Below the pieces are notes generated by a model that was not told the DNA's origin, searched no databases, and saw nothing but the letters and a program-made list of their open reading frames with translations. 64,000 nucleotides of DNA from a virus (lineage: Duplodnaviria; Caudoviricetes). Location of the stretch: IMG/VR virus record IMGVR_UViG_3300031555_004728, positions 128,001 through 192,000 of that record; one strand, written 5' to 3'. A program made the translations under genes and the position numbers. Shown here in pieces: positions 41,237 to 50,261 of the stretch. The stretch's first letter is position 1; every line of letters starts with the position of its first letter.

Positions 41237-41794
41237 TTATACCTGTCTTCTATTTGTAAGGTATTTAGGACAGCTTGATTTAACTGAAAGTACTTTATGT
41301 GCTTTCTTGGTAGTTTCAAATGTACCGATTACTTTTCCATCAGAAGGTGATTTAACTTCTGAAACTTTTACAGTTTCATCAACTTCTTTAAGAGCAATCG
41401 TTGCTGCAAAATCTTCTTTCTTAGGTAAATCGAATTTGTTACCTTCAAGGTATAACCAAAGAACCTCTGCGAAGAAATCATACATCCATCCAATATTTCC
41501 AACTTGGAAGTTTGGATCCTCAACAACAGATGATTCGTTAGCATCAATACCTGCACGTTCTACAAGACGTCTCATCCATTTTCTGAACTCTTGTCCACAT
41601 GCAATTTCTTTGTAACCTGCAAATTCACCTTTCTTAATAATTGCGACCTCTGATGAGAAATTTGGATCGCTTGCTGCTGCATTCAAAAGTCTTTCAAAAC
41701 TTGTTCTGTTGAAACGATTAAGTTTTCTTTTCCCTTTATCGTCAAGCTTTGCAGCGATGGCTGTTAAGACATCATTTACTGTTTCTTTTGCCAT
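41237..41794 (-). CDS. Hypothetical protein, possibly HU/IHF-like C-terminus
   Basis: 185-aa ORF with GGAGG; the arm-like KSPSDGKVI..KAHKVLSVK similarity is weak. Confidence 0.4.
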   Translation of the reverse strand: MAKETVNDVLTAIAAKLDDKGKRKLNRFNRTSFERLLNAAASDPNFSSEVAIIKKGEFAGYKEIACGQEFRKWMRRLVERAGIDANESSVVEDPNFQVGNIGWMYDFFAEVLWLYLEGNKFDLPKKEDFAATIALKEVDETVKVSEVKSPSDGKVIGTFETTKKAHKVLSVKSSCPKYLTNRRQV

Positions 41795-41998
41795 TGTTAT
41801 TACCTCCTTATTTTTATTTATTGAAAATGCTTATAGCATTTACAATCATAAAATTTAATGCCAAATACTTTTGACATCTTTTTTACTTCTTCTTTTTTTC
41901 AAAAGTTTTTCTAATGCTTCTGAAATATTGAAGTCTTCATATTTATCAGTGATTTTTTTGTTTTTCTTCTTTTTACTCATAATTTATCACCTTTCTTT

Positions 41999-42883
41999 TT
42001 AAACTACTGTGGTTGGAATAATTGAATTGTATTCTCTTGTATTTAGATATTTTATTATCTGAACGTATATGTAGTCTAAATAATCAAAACTATCCATTTT
42101 AAGAGTTCTATCGATTAATCCTAAATAACTATCAATAATATGTATAATTTTATCAGCGTCACTAATCTTTATAAAATTACCTACTGAATAACTCTTATGA
42201 GTATTAGTTATGAATTTACTAGTTACTACTGTTTTTTGATAGTCTTTTAACATTAAATCTCGTTTACTCATTTTAAATACATATCGTAATAAATCACATG
42301 AAAAGTTTCTCAAAACCCAAATACTTAAATCATCATTTGTAAAACCAGTATAAATTTCTGGTCTTCCAATATATACATTATAATTTATTGCATGTTTGCT
42401 TACATACTTAGCAAATATTGCTGTAATGAATACATGTGTTTGAGATCTATAAAAAGATACAAAATGTTTAAATCTCTTTTCATCAAAACTTCTATTTTCT
42501 TCAAAAAGTTGTATTCTTGATTTTATTAATTCTTTATATGAATCACTTAAATTATATAAAGTTAGATGATTATCTTCAATTGTAGTTAACATGGTTTCTG
42601 ATTGGTTTCCTGGATATTTTATTGAAACTCTTATATCCAGTATAGTTTTTCTTGGATACTTATTATAGAATTGAGCTATAACTGTATCAAGAATATACTT
42701 ATGTTTTTCTTTTGAAATTGATGATGTGCATTTAATAAGCATAGTATTTGTTGTAATATCGGAATTATTATCCAATATTTCAAAAATCAAAATTGCTGTT
42801 TTATCAAGGTCAAAATCTCCCATAGACCCTTTGATAATTGGTTTTTGTGCTTCTAATGCTGCTTTAAATTCTCTCCCTGTCAT
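41999..42883 (-). CDS. Hypothetical protein
   Basis: 294-aa ORF; SD and TATATTAT upstream. Confidence 0.6.
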   Translation of the reverse strand: MTGREFKAALEAQKPIIKGSMGDFDLDKTAILIFEILDNNSDITTNTMLIKCTSSISKEKHKYILDTVIAQFYNKYPRKTILDIRVSIKYPGNQSETMLTTIEDNHLTLYNLSDSYKELIKSRIQLFEENRSFDEKRFKHFVSFYRSQTHVFITAIFAKYVSKHAINYNVYIGRPEIYTGFTNDDLSIWVLRNFSCDLLRYVFKMSKRDLMLKDYQKTVVTSKFITNTHKSYSVGNFIKISDADKIIHIIDSYLGLIDRTLKMDSFDYLDYIYVQIIKYLNTREYNSIIPTTVV

Positions 42884-43012
42884 ATTTTAAAATCTCCTTT
42901 TTATATAATACTAAAAATATAATATACTCTTATTTTTATTTATCTTTTACAACTATTAAATCATGAAAACATTCATTTAATACGTAATTATAAGAAATGA
43001 GGGCATTAAGTT

Positions 43013-44248
43013 ATGAATTTAGAAGCTCAAAAAATTAGATTTGAACGTATTGATAAATGCTTTGAAGAATTAAAGAAGAATAGACGAAAAGTAAATCTTC
43101 TTAGAGATATTGAAAGAAATTTAAAAGAGGTATTTGATCAGACGTTTAATATATCAATCATAGAAGCAAAGAGAAATGATCCATGTTTTGTAATGTCAGT
43201 ATTTCCTGAAATTGCTACAATCGATAGAATTGTGGAATCTATTGTAAGGGAAGAATCTGTAAGTGTAATTCATGAATTATGGTCAAAAAACACTGTTTGG
43301 AACATAGAAATAGATAGAAGAGTTTTAGATGATTCATTAGTACCAATATCTGCTAGAGAATGTACTGCTCTTTTATTACATGAAGTAGGTCATACAATCC
43401 ATAGTAATTCTATTCCGAATAGAATAGTTAGAGTAATTAAATATGAATTTGCTAATTTACATACAGGAATTAAAGCAGTATTAAAATCTCAGAACTTTGG
43501 TAATGTTTTATCTTTACCAGTTGCTGATTCTTGTTCATTATCAAATAATAGAATCAGTGATTTAAAAACTGAAATTGCTGCAGATAACTATGCAAAAAAT
43601 TTAGGTTATGGAATGGAATTATCTTCAGTATTAGATAAATTTTCTTCAAAGGTTTCTAATGATCCTGATAAGTCAATGAAATCTGTAATGAAGTTTTCTA
43701 TTGATACTATAAATAATTTCAAAGAAAGAAAATCAAAATTAAATAAACGTAATTTTGCAATTCTTTCAGAAAAGGTTCCAAGTACTTATGTAAAGAATAT
43801 GATTTCTGTACTTTCTAAAGAATATACAGAAAGCACATTTAAAGACTCTTCTATAGATGATAAGAAGAAGATGGAAATGGTGTGTGAATCAGTAAATGAT
43901 ATTCTTGATAATTACTATACAGAGTTCTTCTTTAGTAAAAAGAAACTAAAGAAAATACCTGAATATGATTTGGACTATATTGCTGTAGAGATTGATAAAA
44001 TCAAAACAAATGATGACAAATTACTTCTATTATCTTATACAAGAAGTAAGATTGATACGGTTCAATATTATATTGACATATTAAAGAGTGATAAATACTC
44101 TAAAAAATTTGAAGTTCCGCATTCATTAGAATACTTAGTTGCATATAAGAATAGATTATATAAATCTCTTGATGTAATTATGAAGAAAAAAATAGAACCT
44201 AAAGATTATAGAATTCTTGTTCAATATCCAGTTGGATATGAAGGATAA
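43013..44248 (+). CDS. Virion-type protein with HEXXH motif
   Basis: LLLHEVGH...EIAADNYA; AACA-N6-TA at 42968. Confidence 0.6.
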   Translation: MNLEAQKIRFERIDKCFEELKKNRRKVNLLRDIERNLKEVFDQTFNISIIEAKRNDPCFVMSVFPEIATIDRIVESIVREESVSVIHELWSKNTVWNIEIDRRVLDDSLVPISARECTALLLHEVGHTIHSNSIPNRIVRVIKYEFANLHTGIKAVLKSQNFGNVLSLPVADSCSLSNNRISDLKTEIAADNYAKNLGYGMELSSVLDKFSSKVSNDPDKSMKSVMKFSIDTINNFKERKSKLNKRNFAILSEKVPSTYVKNMISVLSKEYTESTFKDSSIDDKKKMEMVCESVNDILDNYYTEFFFSKKKLKKIPEYDLDYIAVEIDKIKTNDDKLLLLSYTRSKIDTVQYYIDILKSDKYSKKFEVPHSLEYLVAYKNRLYKSLDVIMKKKIEPKDYRILVQYPVGYEG

Positions 44249-44276
44249 AAATAAATGAGTAAGTGATTTATTTCAC

Positions 44277-44606
44277 TTACTCATTTTCATTTTGATAATT
44301 CTTCAATAGACTAATTTCATGATTTAATCTTTCTGTAGATTCTTTAATTTCATCTGATACAGAATCAATAGATAATCTTAAAAGAGTTGCATGATTTTTT
44401 CTCATACTATTAATACTTGATTGTAAAGATTCGATATGTTCTGTTAACATAGTAATTGCTACAGGTATTTCAGATGAATGCATCATTTTAGCAAGACCTT
44501 CACCACGTTTCAAATCTTCTCTTTCTTTTTTATATTGCTTAAGTAGAGCTTCGGAACTTTTTATTTCTTCTTCTTGAAGTTTCAATTCTATAATACTAAT
44601 CATCAT
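44277..44606 (-). CDS. Hypothetical coiled-coil protein
   Basis: 109-aa ORF. Confidence 0.5.
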   Translation of the reverse strand: MMISIIELKLQEEEIKSSEALLKQYKKEREDLKRGEGLAKMMHSSEIPVAITMLTEHIESLQSSINSMRKNHATLLRLSIDSVSDEIKESTERLNHEISLLKNYQNENE

Positions 44607-44679
44607 AGTTTCCTTTCATAATAAAAAATAAAATTTTTATTATGTGAGGCAATTGATAAAATCAATCACCCCACATTTC

Positions 44680-44767
44680 CATTGAGACCCTCTTGTAACC
44701 AATATGGTTACGTTTTTACATTGAGACCTTTTGTACTGTTAATACAGTACGATGTACATTGAGAACC
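44680..44767. repeat. Three CATTGAGA(A)CC repeats spaced 39 and 38 bp, separated by different 6-bp-stem hairpins
   Basis: Starts at 44680, 44719, 44757; spacers gtaacc-aatat-ggttac and gtactg-ttaata-cagtac. Confidence 0.7.
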
Positions 44768-44789
44768 ATATGTAATTAGCGACAATGAA

Positions 44790-45173
44790 TTATTCATCGT
44801 CACCAGTATTACCTGTACCTTCATCTTCCGGTTCGCCATCTTCGAATTCATCTTCTTGGAAGATTTCATCAATTTCTTCATCGTCTTCATAATCGTCTTC
44901 ACATTCAGCATTTTTTGCTGCAATACGATAACGAATATTTTCAACGCCGTCAGATACTGCATTGAATGCTGCACCTGTTACTCTACCAACACCATAAGCG
45001 ATTGTTTCGATACCAGAAATTACGAGACCACTTACGGTTGCAACCGCAACGTCGTATCCGAATCCACCAACTGTACGACGGAATTTTCTTCTTTCGAAAT
45101 AGTTCATTCCGAGTTTCTTTCCTACTGTATCGATTGATTTGTTTACTTTCTTTACTACTGAATTCTTTTTCAT
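44790..45173 (-). CDS. Hypothetical protein with acidic C-tail
   Basis: 127-aa ORF; SD GAGG. Confidence 0.6.
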   Translation of the reverse strand: MKKNSVVKKVNKSIDTVGKKLGMNYFERRKFRRTVGGFGYDVAVATVSGLVISGIETIAYGVGRVTGAAFNAVSDGVENIRYRIAAKNAECEDDYEDDEEIDEIFQEDEFEDGEPEDEGTGNTGDDE

Positions 45174-45323
45174 ACTAACCTCTTGGCTCTTGATATTATC
45201 TCCACCACATGTAATAAATTTTGTTTGCTGACGATTGTTTTTATTACGTCACGCTATGAACTTTTTTGATAGAAACAACTGATTTTATTTATTATTTTTG
45301 CTTCTATTCACAATAATATTATA

Positions 45324-45602
45324 TCATTTCACTTTCTTACTTTTCGCAGCTTCCTGAAATATCTTATCGAGTTCACATTTAAAATAGGTCTCAAACAATT
45401 TGTGTATTTCCATCTCGTCCATATATCGAAAATCTTCTATTCTTTTAGAAAGTTTTCTTCTTTCTGAACGAAATTTACATTTTCTATACACGTTACTTTT
45501 TGGTAGGTGCATAGATTCTGATACACTAACAACAGCATCTTCTAATATTATTTTTGCTTTATGTCTGTATCTACCAATATTCAGTTGTAAGTTTTTAGGC
45601 AT
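45324..45602 (-). CDS. Hypothetical basic protein
   Basis: 92-aa ORF; TATATTAT upstream. Confidence 0.5.
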   Translation of the reverse strand: MPKNLQLNIGRYRHKAKIILEDAVVSVSESMHLPKSNVYRKCKFRSERRKLSKRIEDFRYMDEMEIHKLFETYFKCELDKIFQEAAKSKKVK

Positions 45603-45674
45603 GAAATCACACCCTTTCTATATTCTTTTTACACCAAAATAATATATCTTTTAATATATTTATTTTTACATATT

Positions 45675-45908
45675 TTATTTTGAATCTTTCAAATCAAATT
45701 TAATAGTAAAACCTTCGATTTCTCTAGAAAAGTTTTTAGCATGAATTACTACAGCACCACAATTTTCACACCATAAAGAAAATTGATTTGTACCAGCACC
45801 CATATAACATGCACCTTTTCTATGCATTTTTCCACCACACCAAATACAATCGCATTCATTTGGTATTTCAACTCCATTATTTATAACAGTTTTAATTTTT
45901 TCACTCAT
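45675..45908 (-). CDS. Zn-ribbon protein
   Basis: CIWCGG...CENCG. Confidence 0.6.
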   Translation of the reverse strand: MSEKIKTVINNGVEIPNECDCIWCGGKMHRKGACYMGAGTNQFSLWCENCGAVVIHAKNFSREIEGFTIKFDLKDSK

Positions 45909-45979
45909 ATTATTTATCTCCTTTTATTATATTTCATATAAATGATATATCAATAAAATCCATAAGGGAGAGGATGGGG

Positions 45980-46061
45980 GAACCAATTTTGTTAAGTTAA
46001 ATTTCTCTAGTTATCGATAATTTACGAGAATTACAGAAAACTTACTTAACAAAACTGCAAC
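45980..46061 (+). repeat. 82-bp repeat R10
   Basis: Direct sequence comparison. Confidence 0.97.
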
Positions 46062-46367
46062 CAACAAGAAATGTTTAATTATGTTGATCATTTATATGTA
46101 AATAAAAATAATTGTATAAATGGAACAAAAGTTATAGACTTTCCAACAGATAAAAATATAAATTTCATATCTGCATGTTTATGGAATGGTAATAACAGAA
46201 GTCATGAATATATAACAATACCATTATGTGCATTGGTTAGTAATAGAATTATAGAATTTAGAGATAATACTGGAGCTATATATGCATCAATTACAGTTTC
46301 TAGTGGTGTAGAAAAACTTACATTTGTATGTAACAATGAATGGTATTTATTATGTTTCTTTTTCTAA
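46053..46367 (+). CDS. Silent tail-fibre tip cassette C10 (104 aa)
   Basis: NCNQQEMFNYVD...FISACLWNG...; loosely similar in layout to the expressed tip (FLKVSFWNG). Confidence 0.7.
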   Translation, partial: NCNQQEMFNYVDHLYVNKNNCINGTKVIDFPTDKNINFISACLWNGNNRSHEYITIPLCALVSNRIIEFRDNTGAIYASITVSSGVEKLTFVCNNEWYLLCFFF

Positions 46368-46403
46368 TTATCTTGTATATGTGGAAGTACTATGATAAAG
46401 GGG

Positions 46404-46485
46404 GAACCAATTTTGTTAAGTTAAATTTCTCTAGTTATCGATAATTTCCTTTGATTACAGAAAACTTACTTAACAAAACTGCAAC
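46404..46485 (+). repeat. 82-bp repeat R11
   Basis: Direct sequence comparison. Confidence 0.97.
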
Positions 46486-46836
46486 AAGCAATTTAAACAA
46501 ATACCAACTGATGATACATTTGCAATAAGTCATACATTAGATATTTCTGGATATGATATAACTACTGAACTTATAATAAATATCCATATTGATAATACAG
46601 ATTGGACATTATATCACAGACTTATAAAAAATCAATTAGAATTTGATGATGCTGATGTGATAACATATAGAACAGGTCAAGCTTTTTATATTCCTGACTA
46701 TTCAACAACATATTTATTAGCTGCAAATTGTAGAGTTTACAAAAATAAAACACTTACTATTTCAGCTGCAATATATCAAACAGGTGGGGTTACATCTACA
46801 AATAATACTTTTTGTATTTCAGCATGGTATAGATAA
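46477..46836 (+). CDS. Silent tail-fibre tip cassette C11 (119 aa), start-less
   Basis: Manual translation NCNKQFKQIPTDD...FCISAWYR*; no ATG; not in the ORF track. Confidence 0.75.
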   Translation, partial: NCNKQFKQIPTDDTFAISHTLDISGYDITTELIINIHIDNTDWTLYHRLIKNQLEFDDADVITYRTGQAFYIPDYSTTYLLAANCRVYKNKTLTISAAIYQTGGVTSTNNTFCISAWYR

Positions 46837-46877
46837 TAAAATAGAGTAAGAGTTAAAAAACTCTTACTCTATTATTT

Positions 46878-49663
46878 TTACCAAGGAAAACCACCCATTC
46901 CATCATCATTATTATTTTTAAGACCATTCATTTCATTAAAAAATGACATATCATAATCTGAAAATTCATCTTCATATGTGGTATAATCAGATGGTGTTAC
47001 ATTTTCAGAATTTTCAGTTCTCATATTAATAGAACTTTGCATAATTTTTGCAGTCTCATTTTGTGAAGATTCGATAGCTTCTCTTAATATAGATTCATAA
47101 TCTAATAATTTAGCTCTTTTTCTCTCTTCTACGATAGATGATGCTATATCATCTGGTAATACTTTACTAAGTTCTGATTCACTCTTGTAAAGTAAACCTT
47201 GGTTTCTTGGTCTTTCTTCACGTTGTCCAGGAATATATCCAAAAATACTTAAGTTATTACCATGAACTAAAACATACATAGCAATTAAGTATGACATTAC
47301 GCTATCATCATGAACTTTATTTATATTAATCTTTATATCTCTATAAAGTTTAGACTATATCTTCATTAATAATTCTTTTACCAAATTATCAATGCCTCCC
47401 GTTTCGGTTTCCCTACTCTACTCAGTTACTCATTTAAGTATTTCTCTTAAATTACCCTTTCGATAGTCGTTGAACGTTCCTTAATTAATATTAAGGCTTC
47501 GCTGCTGATTGTCCAATCCTAAAGATTATTACACTTTGGTACTTTAGGCTCTAAGGAGTTTCCAGCAATTAAAGAGGTTTTACCTGATCTTCATTTATAA
47601 TTAGGCAATAATTTTACTATATTATCCTGTTACTATATTACCTTAAACCAGGTCCTGCTAGAATCTTTCCTGATGAATTTCTTATCAATCTGGAAATATC
47701 TCGTGTTACATTTTCTGCTACAAAATCATCTTTACACTGAGCAATTCTATCTGCTAAAATAGCAAACATAGTTTCTCTTGATTTTCCTTCAGTATAAACA
47801 CCATAATATGATTTCATAGATGCTTGTTTCTTAAGCATAGATTCGATTGTTTCTTTATCTTTCATATTAGATTCTGCTAATTCTTTAGCTTTATCATAAT
47901 AAAGTCTAGAAGCAATCTTTGATTGCAGTAAATGGTCAATAACACCATCACCAACTGAGTTACGTTCTATACATACAATAGCACGTGGTACATGTTTTGT
48001 AACTAATTCAATAATTATCTGTTCATATACCGTTTCACCAACATAAGAACATTCAAATTCAAATGCAGGTCTTTCTGTATATGGGTTAATACCTGTTATA
48101 GCATTATTATCTTTAAGTGTACCTGTAGAACAGTCAACTCCTACAATATAAGGTATTGTAGGATCAAGTTCTTCGTAAACCTTAAATTGATAATATTTCA
48201 TAATAAACAAAGTATCTATTGGTACTCTTACATGTTCTACGATATATTCGATATCTTCTTGAGCATATGGTGATAATGAAGAACCATGTAATCTTTGAAG
48301 AAGAATCTCTCTTCGAACTGTAAGGTTATTATTAATTTTAGCACTAATATTTTCTAGCCATTCTCCATCCAAACCAATTTGGAAGTATTGGAATTCTATA
48401 TAGATAATTCTATTACTATTACCAGCTGCAGCAAATTCTTCCATTTCTTCTTGTGTCATATCATAAAGTCTATCTGACCATCTTACACAAGCATCAAGTA
48501 CAAATTGTGCTGACATTCCTGCTGGTGAGTCCAAGTCTCCTGGTGTGCCATATATTAATCTTTATATCTCTATAAAGTTTAGACTATATCTTCAATATTA
48601 ATTCTATTACCAAATTAATATTGCCCTCTATTTCGGACTATAAGTCCTACTCTACTCACTTCTTCACTTAAATCTTTCTCTTAAGCTATGCTTTCGATAG
48701 TCGTTGAACGTTCCTTAATTATATATTAAGGCTTCGCTGCTGATTGACTCTATTCATTGGATTGTCACACTTCACTGTACCAATGACCTAACAAGTTCGT
48801 CCCAGCAATTAAAAGGGTTTTACTTACGCGCATTTCCACGTAAAAATTCTTCCATATAAACTTCCATTTTTCTTTGCGGCTCTAGCAGCAGTATCAAATG
48901 TAGAAACTGAGTTTTCGATAATATCTTTAATGAATAATGTAAATTCAGGTTCATCATAATGAATAATTGCTGCAGTAAGACCTCTGGCTAGAGATACTGC
49001 TTTATCTTTAGTGGTAGCACCAGCTCTAATTTTAATTGAATTTTTTGTTACAGGATGTCTCATTTCAGTAGCATTATTAACAGCTTTTACAGTTTTACCA
49101 TTTTCATCATCAAAAAATGATTCAAATCGTAAATATTCTGGTAATAAATCTATCTGAAGTTTTATACGAGCTAAATTTTCTTTAGCATCAGGTTGTTGTT
49201 TATTTACAAAGATAAATGATGTATTAGTAGTACCGAATGAATAACCCCAAGCTTGAACAGATAATGCAGATTGTGTCTTCCCTTGTTGCCTTGGTAGGCA
49301 TAACCAGGAATCTATACCATTAACAAACAAAAATGCTTGTGCTATATTTCCTCTGTTAGCTTTATATGGTACTCCTTTAGGATTACCAGGGTCTGGAATT
49401 CTTGCTACTTCACGTAAATAATACCAAACGTTTCTTCTACATTCAGTTACAACTCTTGCTATTTGATCACGTGTTAAAGTACAAACTCCATTATCATCAC
49501 ATTGGTAAGGATCTATCTTTATAACTTCTGGGTCTTTTACTTCTAACATAAAATACCAGTTTTTAACACCTAGTGTTTTTAAGTCAGATGCTAATTGTAA
49601 CCATGATGTATTTGATGTACCAACATCAAATATACGGTTTCCAATTCGTTTTAATCTACCCAA
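46878..49663 (-). CDS. Terminase large subunit; exons 49663-48838, 48548-47646, 47314-46878
   Basis: LPRQQGKT, IIHYDE, spliced IFT-C-TPG, IVGVDCS, IERNSVG, spliced AGPG-F-HDDSVMS. Confidence 0.9.
47315..47645 (-). mobile_element. ORF-less group I intron 2 in terminase (331 nt)
   Basis: Core motifs present; P1 cctggtt/gatcagg, P10 atgaa/ttcat; ends in G; splicing restores GFHDD. Confidence 0.9.
48549..48837 (-). mobile_element. ORF-less group I intron 1 in terminase (289 nt)
   Basis: Core motifs present; P1 ttacgt/gcgtaa, P10 tgc/gca; ends in G; splicing restores FTCTPG. Confidence 0.9.
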
Positions 49664-49742
49664 ATTATCACCATCCTTTCTTTAAAGAATAGTTTTTTTA
49701 ATGTAAAAATATTCTAGGTAGATAATCTACCTAGAATATTTA

Positions 49743-50063
49743 TTAATTATATATACCTACAATTTTCACAATTCTAAATGATGAAACATCTACTGATGAG
49801 GGGTTTTCTATATAAAAACTATTATCATCAGATTTTACAAAAGCATATAAATAATATTCAGAATATGGTAATATAAATGCATGTGAATTAATATCACGTG
49901 CAAATATGAATGTTTGATAGTATTGACCTGTTTTTACAAATGTAACTAACAAATATTCTATTTTTGAAATATTTTCATCATAAAATACTTCAGTTAATGG
50001 ATATCCATTATATAAAAAATATAAAACTTTATTTTTACTTTGTTTAAATTGTTGGTTGCAGTT
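49743..50063 (-). CDS. Silent tail-fibre tip cassette C12 (106 aa)
   Basis: NCNQQFKQSKNKVLYFLYNG...IVKIVGIYN*; no ATG. Confidence 0.7.
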   Translation of the reverse strand, partial: NCNQQFKQSKNKVLYFLYNGYPLTEVFYDENISKIEYLLVTFVKTGQYYQTFIFARDINSHAFILPYSEYYLYAFVKSDDNSFYIENPSSVDVSSFRIVKIVGIYN

Positions 50064-50136
50064 TTGTTAAGTAAGTTTTCTGTAATCTTCGTGAATTACT
50101 GAGAGATAGAGAAATTTAACTTAACAAAATTGGTTC
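50055..50136 (-). repeat. 82-bp repeat R12
   Basis: Direct sequence comparison. Confidence 0.97.
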
Positions 50137-50261
50137 CCATCCCCTCTCCACCTTCTCTCACATACTATTTTTTATAATAATAACCTTAAAATAGCATTTT
50201 TAATTTTTACCCAATATTGATATATTATTTTAATAGATATTAAAGAAGGAGATTTATAATT

